Shown here: positions 28,351-41,045 of the stretch, piece after piece
How positions within the stretch are numbered: position 1 is the stretch's first letter
Layout: every line of letters starts with the position of its first letter
Origin: Eledone cirrhosa
Taxonomy: Eukaryota
Direction of reading: 5' to 3'
Length of the DNA: 64,000 bases
NCBI GenBank assembly: GCA_964016885.1
Contig: OZ024744.1
Location: 36,208,001-36,272,000 of the forward strand
Made by a program: the position numbers and the translations under genes
Notes under the pieces: model-generated
What the model saw: only the letters and a program-made list of their open reading frames with translations
What the model was told of the DNA's origin: nothing
Database searches by the model: none

Positions 28351-28415
28351 TTATTATTATTATTATTATTATTATCATTATTATTATTATTATTATTATT
28401 ATTGTTATTGTTATT
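28351..28415. repeat. (TTA)n target tract
   Basis: Visible; further tracts at 33053-33110, 38806-38859, 44699-44751, 54351-54359, 56448-56469 and 62340-62387. Confidence 0.97.
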
Positions 28416-31400
28416 CCTTGAATCTCAGTCATTGATGTTGGTTAACTGGAAAGTCCGTTGGATTGAATATCAAGCCACTACCTGCAGCCTCAGATATTCA
28501 GGACGTATCGGAGGGTTCTTGCCGTTCCAAGCAAGCATGCCTTTTGAAGCGTTCCAAAAAGCGTGAAGGGGCCGATTTTCTTTAACCATCCCTGGAAACC
28601 TTTGGAGATAGTCCCCAGTGCGCCTATGACAATCGGGATCACTTTGACTTCATGGCAGTTCCAAATCCTTTTCACCTCCCACTTTAGGTCCTGGTATCGG
28701 TTAATTTTCTCCCTCTCCTTCTCTTGCACTCTCGTGTCGAACGGGCAGGCCACATCCACAATCAGGCACGATCTTTTTTCTTTGTCCACAACCACCAGGT
28801 CAGGTCTATTGTGTTCCAGTTTTTTGTCCGTCTGTATCCTAAAATCCCACAGCACCTTCACCTGACTGTTCTCCATCACCGCCTCTGGCCTATGCTCATA
28901 CCATTTCTCAGAATGTGGTAGATTGTTTACTTTGCACAGGTGCCAGTGCATCACCCTGCCCATCACATCGTGTCTCCAGCCCTTATAGTGGGTCTGGGCT
29001 AGGTGTTTACACTCGGACACAATGTGAGCCACAGTCTCCTCTCTCTCTCCACAGATCCTGCACAGTGGGCTAGCCTCCTCCTTGTAGATATGGTGCTTCA
29101 ACCACTTCGTTTTGAGGGCCTGCTCCTGCGCAGCCATTAGCATTCCTTCTGTAGCCTTTTTGAGGTCTCCTCTTCTCAACCAGTTCCATGTCTGTGGATC
29201 TCTAAATTCAGTTTTCTCAAAGAAGGTACTATGAAGGGATTTTCCCTTAAGGCTGCTCTTCCTCCTTGATGTTATTTCCTCCTTGGGTATCCCCTGGCCT
29301 ACTGTCCCCTCCTTCAGTACAGCTCTGAGCATTGGCTCCTTACTATAGGTCACGTATTTGTATAGGTTGTTTTTCTCCATCTGAACACAGTCCTCTATGC
29401 TGATAAGACCTCTTCCACCCTCAGATCTCCTTAGGTAGAGTCTATCGACATCACTCCTCTTGTGGAACATGTTGTAGATAGTCAATAGCTTCCTAGTCTT
29501 CCTATCCATTTCTTTTTGTTCAGCAACATTCCATCTCAGAATTCCCGCACTGTACCTAATAATAGACACAGCTCGGGAATTTACTGCGCTTATGGCATTT
29601 CTGCTGTTCAGATGTGACTTCAATACGCTCCTTACTCTCCGAATGTATTCAGTTCTTAACAATTCCTTCATTTTTTTTTTCTTTATGCCATCAGCCTCCA
29701 GAACGCCCAAATACTTGTATCCTTCCTCAGAGTCAATTTCCTTTATCATCTCACCTGTTGGTATCTGGATCCCGTTACTTCTGCTCAACCTACCCCTCCT
29801 CATCACAATGACTCCACATTTACCAATACCAAACTGCATACATATATCACTGCTGAAAATACGGACAGTGTCAACAAGCACATCCAACTCCTTCTCACTT
29901 TTCCCGAAGAGCTTAAGATCGTCCATGAAGAGGAGGTGATTGATGGTAAGCTCTCCCCTTCCCAACTTGTATCCTGCTCTCACTTTTCGCAGCATAATGG
30001 TCAAGGGCATCAGGGCAAGGACAGACAACAGAGGGGACAGGCTATCTCCCTGGAAGATACCTCTCTTGATCTTCACGCTTCCCAAGGATACTCCAGTTGA
30101 TGTCAACTCTGTCTCCCAGGACCCCATACTCCTGCCCAGCAACTGTCTGATGTTATCTGCCACCCTGAAGATCTCCAGGCTTTTGGTGATCCAGGAATGA
30201 GGCACCATGTCAAATGCCTTTCTGTAGTCTATCCATCCCATGGCAAGATCAGTGTGTCTCCTCCTGCAATTCCTCATTACCATCTTATCAATAAGCAACT
30301 GGTCCTTTGTACCACGTGACTTCTTTCGGCATCCTTTCTGTTCGTCCGGCAACAAGTTGTTTGTGTGGAGGTGATGGTAGATTTCCTCAGACACAATGCT
30401 CGTCAACAGTTTCCACATTACGGGCAGACATGTGATAGGTCTATAGTTGGTAACATCATTACCCTTGATTCGGTCTTTCATTATCAGAACTGTGGTACCT
30501 TTTGTCAACCACTCTGGCACCTCACCCGACACCAAGCAGTCATTGAACATGGCCGTCAGCTTCGGGTGGAGGGATGTTAAATGTTTAATCCAATACCCCT
30601 GCACACCATCTGGGCCTGGTGATTTCCAGTTGGTTAGTTTTTTGGCTTGCCCCTTAAGAGTTTCAACTGTGATACTCAAATCAGTCTGTTGCTGTGCCTG
30701 CTCACCGATCTCCCTCTGTACTGTCTCAATCCACCCTGCCTGGGCATTGTGTCTAACATCCTGCTCCCATATTCCTCTCCAGAATGTTTTAGCTTGTTCC
30801 GCCCCAGGGATCAAGTCGGTGCCTCTTTCTTTCCCCTCAAGCTGTCCAAACAGCATCTTCTGGTTGTTGTCGAACATGCGGTTCTGTTTATACTGACTGA
30901 CTCTGTTCTCGTATCGCCTGATTTTGGCACTCTTTGCTACAATGCGTTGCTTCAATTCCTCTATGATAATATTTAGCTTTTTACTCCTAGTTTTGTATTT
31001 TATTTCCAGTCTATTTTTAGTGCCTATGTTTTTTAGTGTCCCATTCAGTAGTGACTCAAGCTTTCCTATGTCATTTCTCATTTCCCCGATTTGCCCACTC
31101 AGTCGCTTCTTCCACCACGGCTCTGCTCTTTCTTGTCTGTTGTTTCCTCTCGCTTTTATACCAAGTAGTTTCCTCACCGTATTTGCTGTTGCTTTGAGGA
31201 TATTGTTGCACTGGTGAAGACTCCTCGCCTCAAGGTATGGGATGACTTTGTTTACCTTAGCTGTTGTTTCTTTTAACTTTTTCCTGTCTACAAATCTTAG
31301 GTTCATAGGTCTCCCACTATCATTGTTCAACTCATCTACCACTAAATTTAGGATATCAACCGAATCTTGTCCTAGCCCGTCAGCATTCATCTCCTCAGTG

Positions 31401-32020
31401 GCCGTATCTCTGTTCCAGGTATTATTTATCTCAGTATTCAGATCATTGTCTGCTTCGGGTGGTTCCTCCGCTCTCAGGACCTCCTCACCTTCATTTCCCG
31501 CCGGCTCGCTTGTCTGGCATACTACACCCGCCATCTCCAAGCCATTCTCTCTGCTCAGTTCCTCCAGTTCCAGCTCGCTTATCCACCCATTAGTTCTTAT
31601 TACCCGAGCCTGCCCGGCCAATTTTTGTTCATCTAATTTAAATAAACCAATCTCGTTCCAGATGTTATGCATCCGTCTCCTGTAGCCCCTCTCCTTGGGG
31701 TTACTTTTCAGGTAGCATTGCATAACAGTTCTATTCAATTCTTTCGTCCAGTTGGTTCTGGCCCCTTTCCTTCTTCTTCTTCCTCCAACATCAGCAGTAT
31801 TTCGTTGACAGTCAGGTTCCTGCTGCTGAGCCAGGGGGCACCTGTTGGGTGAGAGTCTGTCACATGACGTTCTAGTCTCCATTTCACCGTTATTCGAACT
31901 GTTTATGTTCGATATTTAAACACTCTTATCGAGGATTGGCGAATGTATGTTTACATAGCCATCTGTGGATCCGCCATCCCACTTGGCCCTTGTGTGGCAT
32001 TATCACCACGCTGTATACGG
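28416..32020 (-). mobile_element. R4/Dong-clade element, intact copy
   Basis: Single long ORF, short 3' UTR ending ...GAGATTCAAGG-(AAT)n. Confidence 0.95.
28490..31882 (-). CDS. 1130-aa R4/Dong polyprotein: N-terminal domain, RT, CCHC knuckle, PD-(D/E)xK restriction-like endonuclease
   Basis: NWTKELN..MQCY..GYRRRM; WKSPGPDG; NYRPITCL; WIDYRKAFD; RGIFQGDSLSP; FMDD; YKYLG; CRICGEREETVAHIVSEC; RH; RPDLVVVD...VDVACP...K. Confidence 0.95.
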   Translation of the reverse strand: METRTSCDRLSPNRCPLAQQQEPDCQRNTADVGGRRRRKGARTNWTKELNRTVMQCYLKSNPKERGYRRRMHNIWNEIGLFKLDEQKLAGQARVIRTNGWISELELEELSRENGLEMAGVVCQTSEPAGNEGEEVLRAEEPPEADNDLNTEINNTWNRDTATEEMNADGLGQDSVDILNLVVDELNNDSGRPMNLRFVDRKKLKETTAKVNKVIPYLEARSLHQCNNILKATANTVRKLLGIKARGNNRQERAEPWWKKRLSGQIGEMRNDIGKLESLLNGTLKNIGTKNRLEIKYKTRSKKLNIIIEELKQRIVAKSAKIRRYENRVSQYKQNRMFDNNQKMLFGQLEGKERGTDLIPGAEQAKTFWRGIWEQDVRHNAQAGWIETVQREIGEQAQQQTDLSITVETLKGQAKKLTNWKSPGPDGVQGYWIKHLTSLHPKLTAMFNDCLVSGEVPEWLTKGTTVLIMKDRIKGNDVTNYRPITCLPVMWKLLTSIVSEEIYHHLHTNNLLPDEQKGCRKKSRGTKDQLLIDKMVMRNCRRRHTDLAMGWIDYRKAFDMVPHSWITKSLEIFRVADNIRQLLGRSMGSWETELTSTGVSLGSVKIKRGIFQGDSLSPLLSVLALMPLTIMLRKVRAGYKLGRGELTINHLLFMDDLKLFGKSEKELDVLVDTVRIFSSDICMQFGIGKCGVIVMRRGRLSRSNGIQIPTGEMIKEIDSEEGYKYLGVLEADGIKKKKMKELLRTEYIRRVRSVLKSHLNSRNAISAVNSRAVSIIRYSAGILRWNVAEQKEMDRKTRKLLTIYNMFHKRSDVDRLYLRRSEGGRGLISIEDCVQMEKNNLYKYVTYSKEPMLRAVLKEGTVGQGIPKEEITSRRKSSLKGKSLHSTFFEKTEFRDPQTWNWLRRGDLKKATEGMLMAAQEQALKTKWLKHHIYKEEASPLCRICGEREETVAHIVSECKHLAQTHYKGWRHDVMGRVMHWHLCKVNNLPHSEKWYEHRPEAVMENSQVKVLWDFRIQTDKKLEHNRPDLVVVDKEKRSCLIVDVACPFDTRVQEKEREKINRYQDLKWEVKRIWNCHEVKVIPIVIGALGTISKGFQGWLKKIGPFTLFGTLQKACLLGTARTLRYVLNI

Positions 32021-32451
32021 ACACACATAAACAAACAAACACACGGGCAGAAAGGGCCCCAAAAATGAATAAGCATAAGTTTCATTGTAATGTAGTATTC
32101 GAATGTCTGACTTAGTTTTTGTTTTTTAAGTTTTACTTTTTCCCCCCTCTTCTCTGTCCGTCCGCCTGCTTCTCTCTTCATTCTTATTTTCTTTACGTTT
32201 TTGGGGTTTCTTTTTTTGTTTTTGTTTTTCTCTGTTTTTCTCGTTTTTTACTGTTGTTGCTGTGCTGCTTTTGTTGTTTGTTTTTTCTTTTTTCTTTTGA
32301 GTCTATCTATATATTTTGATGCCTTCCTCTTTGTTAATAGTAGGAATTCTATAATGTAGAAGTGGTAGCCAGCAGAGACTAGCGGCGTTGGCGATACTGA
32401 GACAGTGGTGGCGGTGATGTCGATACCGAGGCAGTGGTGGCGGTGATGCGA

Positions 32452-33048
32452 CCGTATTACTGTAGTGATGGTGCTGTAGCGGTGGCAGCAGCAGTGAAGG
32501 AGTCAGGGGGTGGTGGCGGCGGTGATGGGATAGTGGTGGTAATGATGGCCGTAGTGAGCGGTGGCGGTGAAGGTGAAAATGCTGTTGTGTTTAGTGTACA
32601 CAGATGATGGGGTGGGTGGTGTATCTAGTTTCTGGTGTTGGTGAGTTTCGCTGTCCTATATAGTGTAGCCAGAGGAGAGGAGGGGGGGGGGGGTTCTTCT
32701 TCTTCCATTTATAGCCATTTTATTTTTTTTTTTTTTTGGATATACAGTGTACAATACAAAGTTGAATATTTGAATATTTGAGCCGTATTACTGTAGTGAT
32801 GGTGCTGTAGCGGTGGCAGCAGCAGTGAAGGAGTCAAGGGGTGGTGGCGGCGGTGATGGGATAGTGGTGGTAATGATGGCCGTAGTGAGCGGTGGCGGTG
32901 AAGGTGAAAATGCTGTTGTGTTTAGTGTACACAGATGATGGGGTGGGCGGTGTATCTAGTTTCTGGTGTTGGTGAGTTTAGCTGTCCTATATAGTGTAGC
33001 CAGAGGAGAGGAGGGGGGGGGGGGTTCTTCTTCTTCCATTTATAGCCA

Positions 33049-33052
<4 letters not shown>
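32452..33052. repeat. Near-identical direct duplication, ~270 bp, period 331
   Basis: 32452-32721 repeats at 32783-33052. Confidence 0.9.
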
Positions 33053-33110
<58 letters not shown>

Positions 33111-36100
33111 GGCGACCTACGTAGGAAATCGTATTATCGTGAGCTCCGCAAACGTTTGTTATTTCCGTTTGTTTAAAAATTGCCATTTATGGAAAATTTT
33201 ATTGTAAACTGTTTATAAGCACACATACATTGTTTTCCGAAAAGGACACCCAAAAAGATTGGGGCCTTGTGCCCAAAATTTTAACTTTTATTATTATCCA
33301 AAATTTTCTTTGAAAAAAAATGGCTAATTCCCCTCTGCACGAAGCAGCTGAAAGCCTTCCTCACAAAATAACACCTCACACCGACACCACCATTGTAAAT
33401 GTTACTACGTTTGCCAACACAAAAAAAAAATATAAGCAGTAGCAATATTTTAAATTTGTCTCAGGCAGACATTCATTTCCCGCCATTACCAATGACTGCA
33501 GGTGTTAAACCCTCCACCACCACCACCACCGCGACAACCACCACCACCACCACCACCGCGACAACAGAAACAAAAGAAGAAAAAAATAAATTAACTCGTG
33601 ACGTCGAAATGAAATCAAGCAAAATGGACTCTTCCCCACCAAAGACGACTGACGTCACCACCACCACAACTGAAAATAAAATTAATATTAACGATAGCAA
33701 CAACAACAACAATGACATTATAAAACCGACCCTCAGTTTCGCCATCGTAGCAAAACAATTCGAAGCGTTCACGGTAACTCAAGAAGATTTAGAAAATGCC
33801 AAACAAATGGTAAAGAAAGATGGGTACAGGGTCAGCCTCACCCCCCACCTAATAAAATGGAGCATCGGCGCCTGTGCACCGTGTCGTATAGAACAATAAA
33901 TGTAAAATCGCGCCGAGTGGAACGGGCATCCGAGTCCCAAATCCAAAAAGCTTTGGGACATGTGTGGGCAAGAAAAACCCACATCAGACGTGGGCAAAAG
34001 TATGGAACCGTGGATGGGTTATTTGAAACACCAGAGGAGGCTAGAGAACACTCCATGGCCCCATTAAAAAGTGACGACTTCACACTCGTCCCAAGCTATT
34101 GTGGCCAGAGACTCGTAAAGATCAGGGTGACCCACGTTCCACCGGCCATCGAAATTCCCTGGCTAATAGCGGCTGTCATCGCCGGCATCGAGGCCAACAC
34201 GAAAATAATAACAATAGCAAAAGAAAAGCAGGAAAACTGGTCCGGATCTGGGATGGAGCTCCTGATCCAAGCGGACCAAAAAAGCATTGAGGAGATCCCA
34301 GAGGTAATAGACCTCACTGACGGCAGCCACCTCACGGTAATTGTCGAGGGCAGAAGACCTAGGTGTGTCGTTTGTGGTGAAGGAACCCACCTAAGGGCTT
34401 TCTGCCCTCAGGCTAAAAGGTTGAGGCCACCTCTCCTACCCACCCCAGTGACACAACCATCAACACCACCAGTAGCAGAGATGCCAGCAACAACTGTAGC
34501 AGCAACAACAGAAGCAACTATAACAGCAACAACCCCAGCAACAGTAGCAAAACCAACACCACCACCACCCAACGCTTCAGAACTAGCACCAGCGCCTACA
34601 CCATCCACCACACCACAACCAAAACTAACGGCTGTGGAGAATGTTCCACTCCCCGGCCTATCACAACTGGAGACAGATTGTGACGACGAGGTGTGGGAAA
34701 CGATATCCGGAAAAAAAAAAAGAAACCAAAAAAGAAAAAATTCTCTTCCTTCCCCCTCCAAAAACAAAATACAGAGGGAAACAAATAAACTAAGAAACAA
34801 AAAAGTTAGGACAGATATGCCACCATCCACACCAGCATCACCAACCCCATCAACCCAAACACAAACACAACACCAGCATCACAGAAAAAGACTACACAAC
34901 AACCCCAAAATTCACACCACCTCCACACATACAAATCACTCGCATCACACAGAAAACGTACATGACACTAAAACAAAAATTCCCCAAAGACATCGGAGAC
35001 TTCCGACAAGCACTCTCCAGGAGGATTTATAAGGACATCCTTCATGAGGAGGCCACAAGCAGTGAAAAGGATGGAAAAACCGTCCTTCCCCTACGCGAAG
35101 TAAGGTAAGTGGTCTTTCCCATCTTTTCCACTCCTTTTCAACATGACCTCACTCAGAATAGGCAGCATAAATGCGCGTGGCTTGGGGTCGTCATGGAAGC
35201 AGGGCCACCTGCTCAACGACCTCAGGTCACTAAACATAGATGTAGTGGCCATCAGCGAGACCAGAATCTCCGAAGCACAGGCTTTCGCACCGATCTTCGG
35301 CGGCTACGATGTGTACGCATATCCCAGCCGTCCTGGATCGGGGGGAGGAGTTGCTGTGCTTTTTCGGAGAGGTTTGGATCTTGCCATACGGGCCATCTTC
35401 CTGGACCCAGAAGGTAAGTTGGTGGTGCTGGACGTGACCAGCGGAGACGGGCAAGCTTTCAGGTTAGTGGCCGTCTATGCCCCGACAGGAGCAGGGCGGC
35501 CTGATTTCTTCCGGCGTCTGGAGACCTTTCTTGGAACGTCCCGCTCTTTAGTGTTAGTGGGCGACTGGAACGGGATCTTAGATGCACGCTGGGATTGTGT
35601 GGGATTAGTGGATAGGGAAGGGGGGTGCAAGAGTCTCACCAACCTGCTCAGACGTTTTGAACTGTCTGACAGGTACCGAATGGATTTCCCGAATGTACCA
35701 ATGTGGACTTGGACAAATCGCATAGGGTCATCCAGATCATATCTAGATAGAGTATTTTGTAGGGAAATAGATAGGTCTAGCATAGGCTGTCCACAATTCA
35801 AGATAGTCAGCTACACGGACCACAAATTCGTGATCTGTGTGCTTGACTTAGATAGGCTTCATAGATAAGGACCCGGCTACTGGAAGCTAAACGCGTCCTT
35901 ACCAGCGCGCAAGGCCTACAGAGACCGGATTAGCGAACTAGTTAAGCGAGCGTTGACGGGGGCCATCGTCAACAACAAGTGGTGGTTTGCTCTGAAAAGA
36001 GCAATTAGAATAGAGTCCATTAGGTTTAGTAAGACTTTAGCAATAGAGAAAAATAGAGCAGACGGAGAATTAGTTAGAAAATTAGATGAGGCGCTTAGCA

Positions 36101-38804
36101 AAGGCATCGCGACCGACGTACTTGCGGCGAAATTGGCCCTTGACCAATTCTTCAATGCAAAGCACGAAGGCTGCGTTGTCAGAGCTAGGGTGCGTGCTCT
36201 CAGACACGAGGGGACGAAAGCCGTTGAATGGGCCCGAGTGGCGGAGGCGCGTCGTGGCAACAAAGCCACGATCCGGTCTTTGGTGGACCACGACGGGCGC
36301 ATGCTACTCGATCCCGGGCAAATGTGTGAAGCTTTTCAGCGACACTTCGCTCAACTGTTCGGGGGCAGTGGCGGGCCGGATCGAGGGATGGACTTTAGTG
36401 TCTACCTCGACGGACTGCCGCGGCTTTCGGCCACTGAGGCGGAGTGTTGCGAAAAGCCGATAACAACCGCTGAAGTACGGGATGCAATGACTAGTTGCAC
36501 AAGGGGTAAATCGCCTGGTTTGGATGGTCTGCCCTATGAACTTTACGTACAAATGCCAAACTTGTTCGGAGGCCTCTTGGCGGACGTCTACTGCAACTGG
36601 CAACAGAACGGGAGAATTCCCAGCTCTGTGAGCCGAGGAGCGGTGGCGCTGCTGAGAAAGGATCCGAACAAGGGGGATAACATAGATAATTTTAGGCCCA
36701 TAACTCTGCTAAACACAGAGTTCAAGATTTTGGCCAAGGTGCTAGCAAAGAGGTTGGCGCTTGTCGTTGCTGGTCTGGTGGGAGAGGCACAGACATGCGC
36801 CATTCCCGACAGATCCATCCACGACAACCTCCACCTCATGCGATACATCGTAGAGAGGGTAGCTAGGGAACCTGGCACAGGTGAGTCTTTGATCAATTTA
36901 GATCAGTCGAAAGCCTTCGATAGGGTCGACCATCGTTACCTAACGGCAGTCCTGAGGGCGGCTGGCTTTGGGCCCGTCTTCAGAGGCTGGATCGCTGCCA
37001 TGCACAGCGACATCTGCTCTGTAGTGAGAGTGAACGGTCACCTTTCGGAACCGTTCAACATCATGCCCTCGGTCCGCCAACGATGTCCCCTCTCGTCCCT
37101 ATTGTACGTATTGACTCTCGAGCCATTACTGCACAAGCTGGAGACGATGAGGGGGGTCCCGCGCGAACTGGGGTGCGGAAGATCCGTGTCAGCATATGCC
37201 GACGATGTCACCGTAGTGGTGTCGAACGCCAAACACATCGAGGCGATCGGCACTACACTAAGAGAATACGAAGCGGTGACAGGAGCAATGATCAACCAGG
37301 AAAAGTCAGTGGGCCTGCAGCTCGGCACCTGGAGAGGCAGGTCCATGCCGTCCAACAGCGTCGTCGGGCGCTGGACAGACGGACCGGCTAAATTGCTGGG
37401 GGTCTGGTTCGGTCCAGACCTCCAGACGGACAAAAACTGGGACGAGGCGACGATCAGGGTGGCTTCTCTCACCCAGAAATGGGCGGAGAGGAAGCTATCC
37501 CTGAAAGGTCGAGCGGAGGTGGCGAATGCGTACATCGCATCCGTCATCTACTACCGCCTGACCGTCGTACCTTGTCCTAAGCCCCGCCTGACTGCGCTGG
37601 AGCGTTTGCTCTTTCGCTTCTTGTGGAAGGGGCGCGCTCCGATGGTCAGGCGGTCCATCTGCTGTCAACACCAGCTACGTGGAGGGCTGGGCATGCTGTG
37701 GCTGATGATGCGCAGACACGCGCTCAGGCTACGACATCTCCACCTCTTCCTCGACGGTGATCAGGTGTGGTCGCCGTTTGCAAGATACGTTTTTCCACAG
37801 CTCGTCTCCTTGACGGAGCTGCAGTCCTGGGTCAAGCGAAGACCGAGAGGGAGCGCTTGGAGACTGGAATGTCTTCAGGCGCTCACAGCCCTCGACCAAT
37901 CGGGCATTGTGATCGGTGGAAACTCCACCTTGGCGTTCTATAGGGGATTAGTGGAGGGGAAGTGCGACGACGTACTTGGAGAAACTCTAGGCGTCGACGA
38001 AAATCAACTAGCCAATCTCTTCGGAAGGACTTTCGGGCCGGGGCCTATGGACAGCTTCCAGAAATCCCTGGCCTGGCAGTGCTACCGAGGAGCTTTGCCA
38101 GTTCGGGATAAACTCTACAGGCATGGAGGTGCCGTCAGACGGGCATGTCCGAGATGCGCGCAGGGCGACGAAACCGTCATGCACGCACTCGTCCAGTGTC
38201 CGAGCATTGCTGACTTGTGGGTTTATGTCGAACACCTGCTGTCACGTGTAGGACGGATCCAGCTATCAGCTGAGTCCATCGTGAGGATTGCCCCACCCCC
38301 TTCCTTTAGCCTGGAAGGGCAGGCAGTTTTTATCTGTCTGGTGGCCATGGCGAAAGAGATAGTATGGTGGACACGTTTGAAAGGGCTGAAGACGAGCACT
38401 TACCTCTTCGGTGATGCCCTGATTAACTTTTTCAAATTTCATTTGAAAAGGAAAATCAGGGTAGAGAGGGAAGTGCTCTCTTCCCAGCATTTTGTTGAAA
38501 GATGGGTGAGAGAAGCAAGTATGGCCCGAATGAATGGGCCTTCTCTGAGTATGTGTCTGTAAATTAAAGGTGGAAAACTGGGAGAGGGCACTTGCCCTGG
38601 TGGTCAGGGCCACTGTGGTCTTTTAATGGGCTTTCTCCACAAATGTCCCTTGGAAGTCTCCCCCCTATTGGGGAATTTTTCTTTGTTATTTTATTTCAAC
38701 CTCTGTTTTTTTACACGCAGAAATGCCCATTTGTACCGTCCTGTATTGTCCTGTACTGTCCTTAATGTCTACTTTATGTGAACCCTTGTGGTTAATAAAG
38801 AAAA

Positions 38805-38805
<1 letters not shown>
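33111..38805 (+). mobile_element. Tx1-like L1-clade element, copy A (ORF1 frameshifted and partly deleted; ORF2 stop at 35866-35868)
   Basis: Starts GGCGACCTACG after (TTA)n; ORF1 knuckle CVVCGEGTHLRAFCP; ORF2 APE + RT (YADD) + CPRC..H..C; ends AATAAAGAAAAC-(ATT)n. Confidence 0.93.
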
Positions 38806-38859
<54 letters not shown>

Positions 38860-39068
38860 GGCGACCTACGTAGGAAATCGTATTATCGTGAGCTCCGCAA
38901 AGGTTTGTTATTTCCGTTTGTTTAAAAATTGCCATTTATGGAAAATTTTATTGTAAACTGTTTATAAGCACACATACATTGTTTTCCGAAAAGGACACCC
39001 AAAAAGATTGGGGCCTTGTGCCCAAAATTTTAACTTTTATTATTATCCAACATTTTCTTTGAAAAAAA

Positions 39069-41011
39069 ATGGCTAATTCCCCTCTGCACGAAGCAGCTGA
39101 AAGCCTTCCTCACAAAATAACACCTCACACCGACACCACCATTGTAAATGTTACTACGTTTGCCAACACAAAAAAAAATATAAGCAGTAGCAATATTTTA
39201 AATTTGTCTCAGGCAGACATTCATTTCCCGCCATTACCAATGACTGCAGGTGTTAAACCCACCACCACCACCACCACCGCGACAACAGAAACAAAAGAAG
39301 AAAAAAATAAATTAACTCGTGACGTCGAAATGAAATCAAGCAAAATGGACTCTTCCCCACCAAAGACGACTGACGTCACCACCACCACAACTGAAAATAA
39401 AATTAATATTAACGATAGCAACAACAACAACAATGACATTATAAAACCGACCCTCAGTTTCGCCATCGTAGCAAAACAATTCGAAGCGTTCACGGTAACT
39501 CAAGAAGATTTAGAAAATGCCAAACAAATGGTAAAGAAAGATGGGTACAGGGTCAGCCTCACCCCCCCACCTAATAAAATGGAGCATCGGCGCCTGTGCA
39601 CCGTGTCGTATAGAACAATAAATGTAAAATCGCGCCGAGTGGAACGGGCATCTGAGTCCCAAATCCAAAAAGCTTTGGGACATGTGTGGGCAAGAAAAAC
39701 CCACATCAGACGTGGGCAAAAGTATGGAACCGTGGATGTGTTCTTTGAAACACCAGAGGAGGCTAGAGAACACTCCATGGCCCCATTAAAAAGTGACGAC
39801 CTCACACTCGTCCCAAGCTATTGTGGCCAGAGACTCGTAAAGATCAGGGTGACCCACGTTCCACCGGCCATCGAAATTCCCTGGCTAATAGCGGCTGTCC
39901 TCGCCGGCATCGAAGCCAACACGAAAATAATAGCAATAGCAAAAGAAAAGCAGGAAAACTGGTCCGGATCTGGGATGGAGCTCCTGATCCAAGCGGACCA
40001 AAAAAGCATTGAGGAGATCCCAGAGGTAATAGACCTCAACGACGGCAGCCACCTCACGGTAATTGTCGAGGGCAGAAGACCTAGGTGTGTCGTTTGTGGT
40101 GAAGGAACCCACCTAAGGGCTTTCTGCCCTCAGGCTAAAAGGATGAGGCCACCTCTCCTACCCACCCCAGTGACACAACCATCAACACCGCCAGTAGCAG
40201 AGATGGCAGCAACAACTGTAGCAGCAACAACAGAAGCAACTATAACAGCAACAACCCCAGCAACAGTAGCAAAACCAACACCACTACCACCACCAGCAAA
40301 ACCAACACCACCACCACCACCCAACGCTTCAGAACTAGCACCAGCGCCTACACCATCCACCACACCACAACCAAAACTAACGGCTGTGGAGGATTTTCTA
40401 CTCCCCGGCCTATCACAACTGGAGACAGATTGTGACGACGAGGAGTGGGAAACGATATCCGGAAAAGAAAAAATTCTCTTCCTTCCCCCTCCAAAAACAA
40501 AATACAGAGGGAAACAAATAAACTAAGAAACAAAAAAGTTAGGACAGATATGCCACCATCCACACCAGCATCACCAACCCCATCAACCCAAACACCAACA
40601 CCATCACCATCATTATCCCCAGCACCACCATCACCTACACCACAAAAGTCGCCAAAATGCGAAACAGAAACAGACCCACAACAAACGCAAATAAAACAAA
40701 ACAACCAAAACGATACACACTACACAGCATTAAATTTGAACAACAAGCAATTATTACACTACATCCAACACAACACCAGCATCACAGAAAAAGACTACAC
40801 AACAACCCCAAAATTCACACCACCTCCACACATACAAATCACTCGCATCACACAGAAAACGTACATGACACTAAAACAAAAATTCCCCAAAGACATCGGA
40901 GACTTCCGACAAGCACTCTCCAGGAGGATTTATAAGGACATCCTTCCTGAGGAGGCCACAAGCAGTGAAAAGGATGGAAAAGCCGTCCTTCCCCTACGAG
41001 AAGTAAGGTAA
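39069..41011 (+). pseudogene. Tx1 ORF1 (RRM-like region + CX2CX4HX4C knuckle, Pro/Thr-rich), frameshifted near 40465
   Basis: ORFs 39069-40526 and 40445-41011 overlap; copy D is continuous across this point. Confidence 0.85.
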
Positions 41012-41045
41012 GTGGTCTTTCCCATCTTTTCCACTCCTTTTCAAC

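Noticed and set aside
33053-33110. Telomere-type array (HeT-A/TART or TRAS/SART analogy)
   Set aside because: Spacers are (TTA)n, with no TTAGGG or TTAGG; nothing shows a chromosome end.
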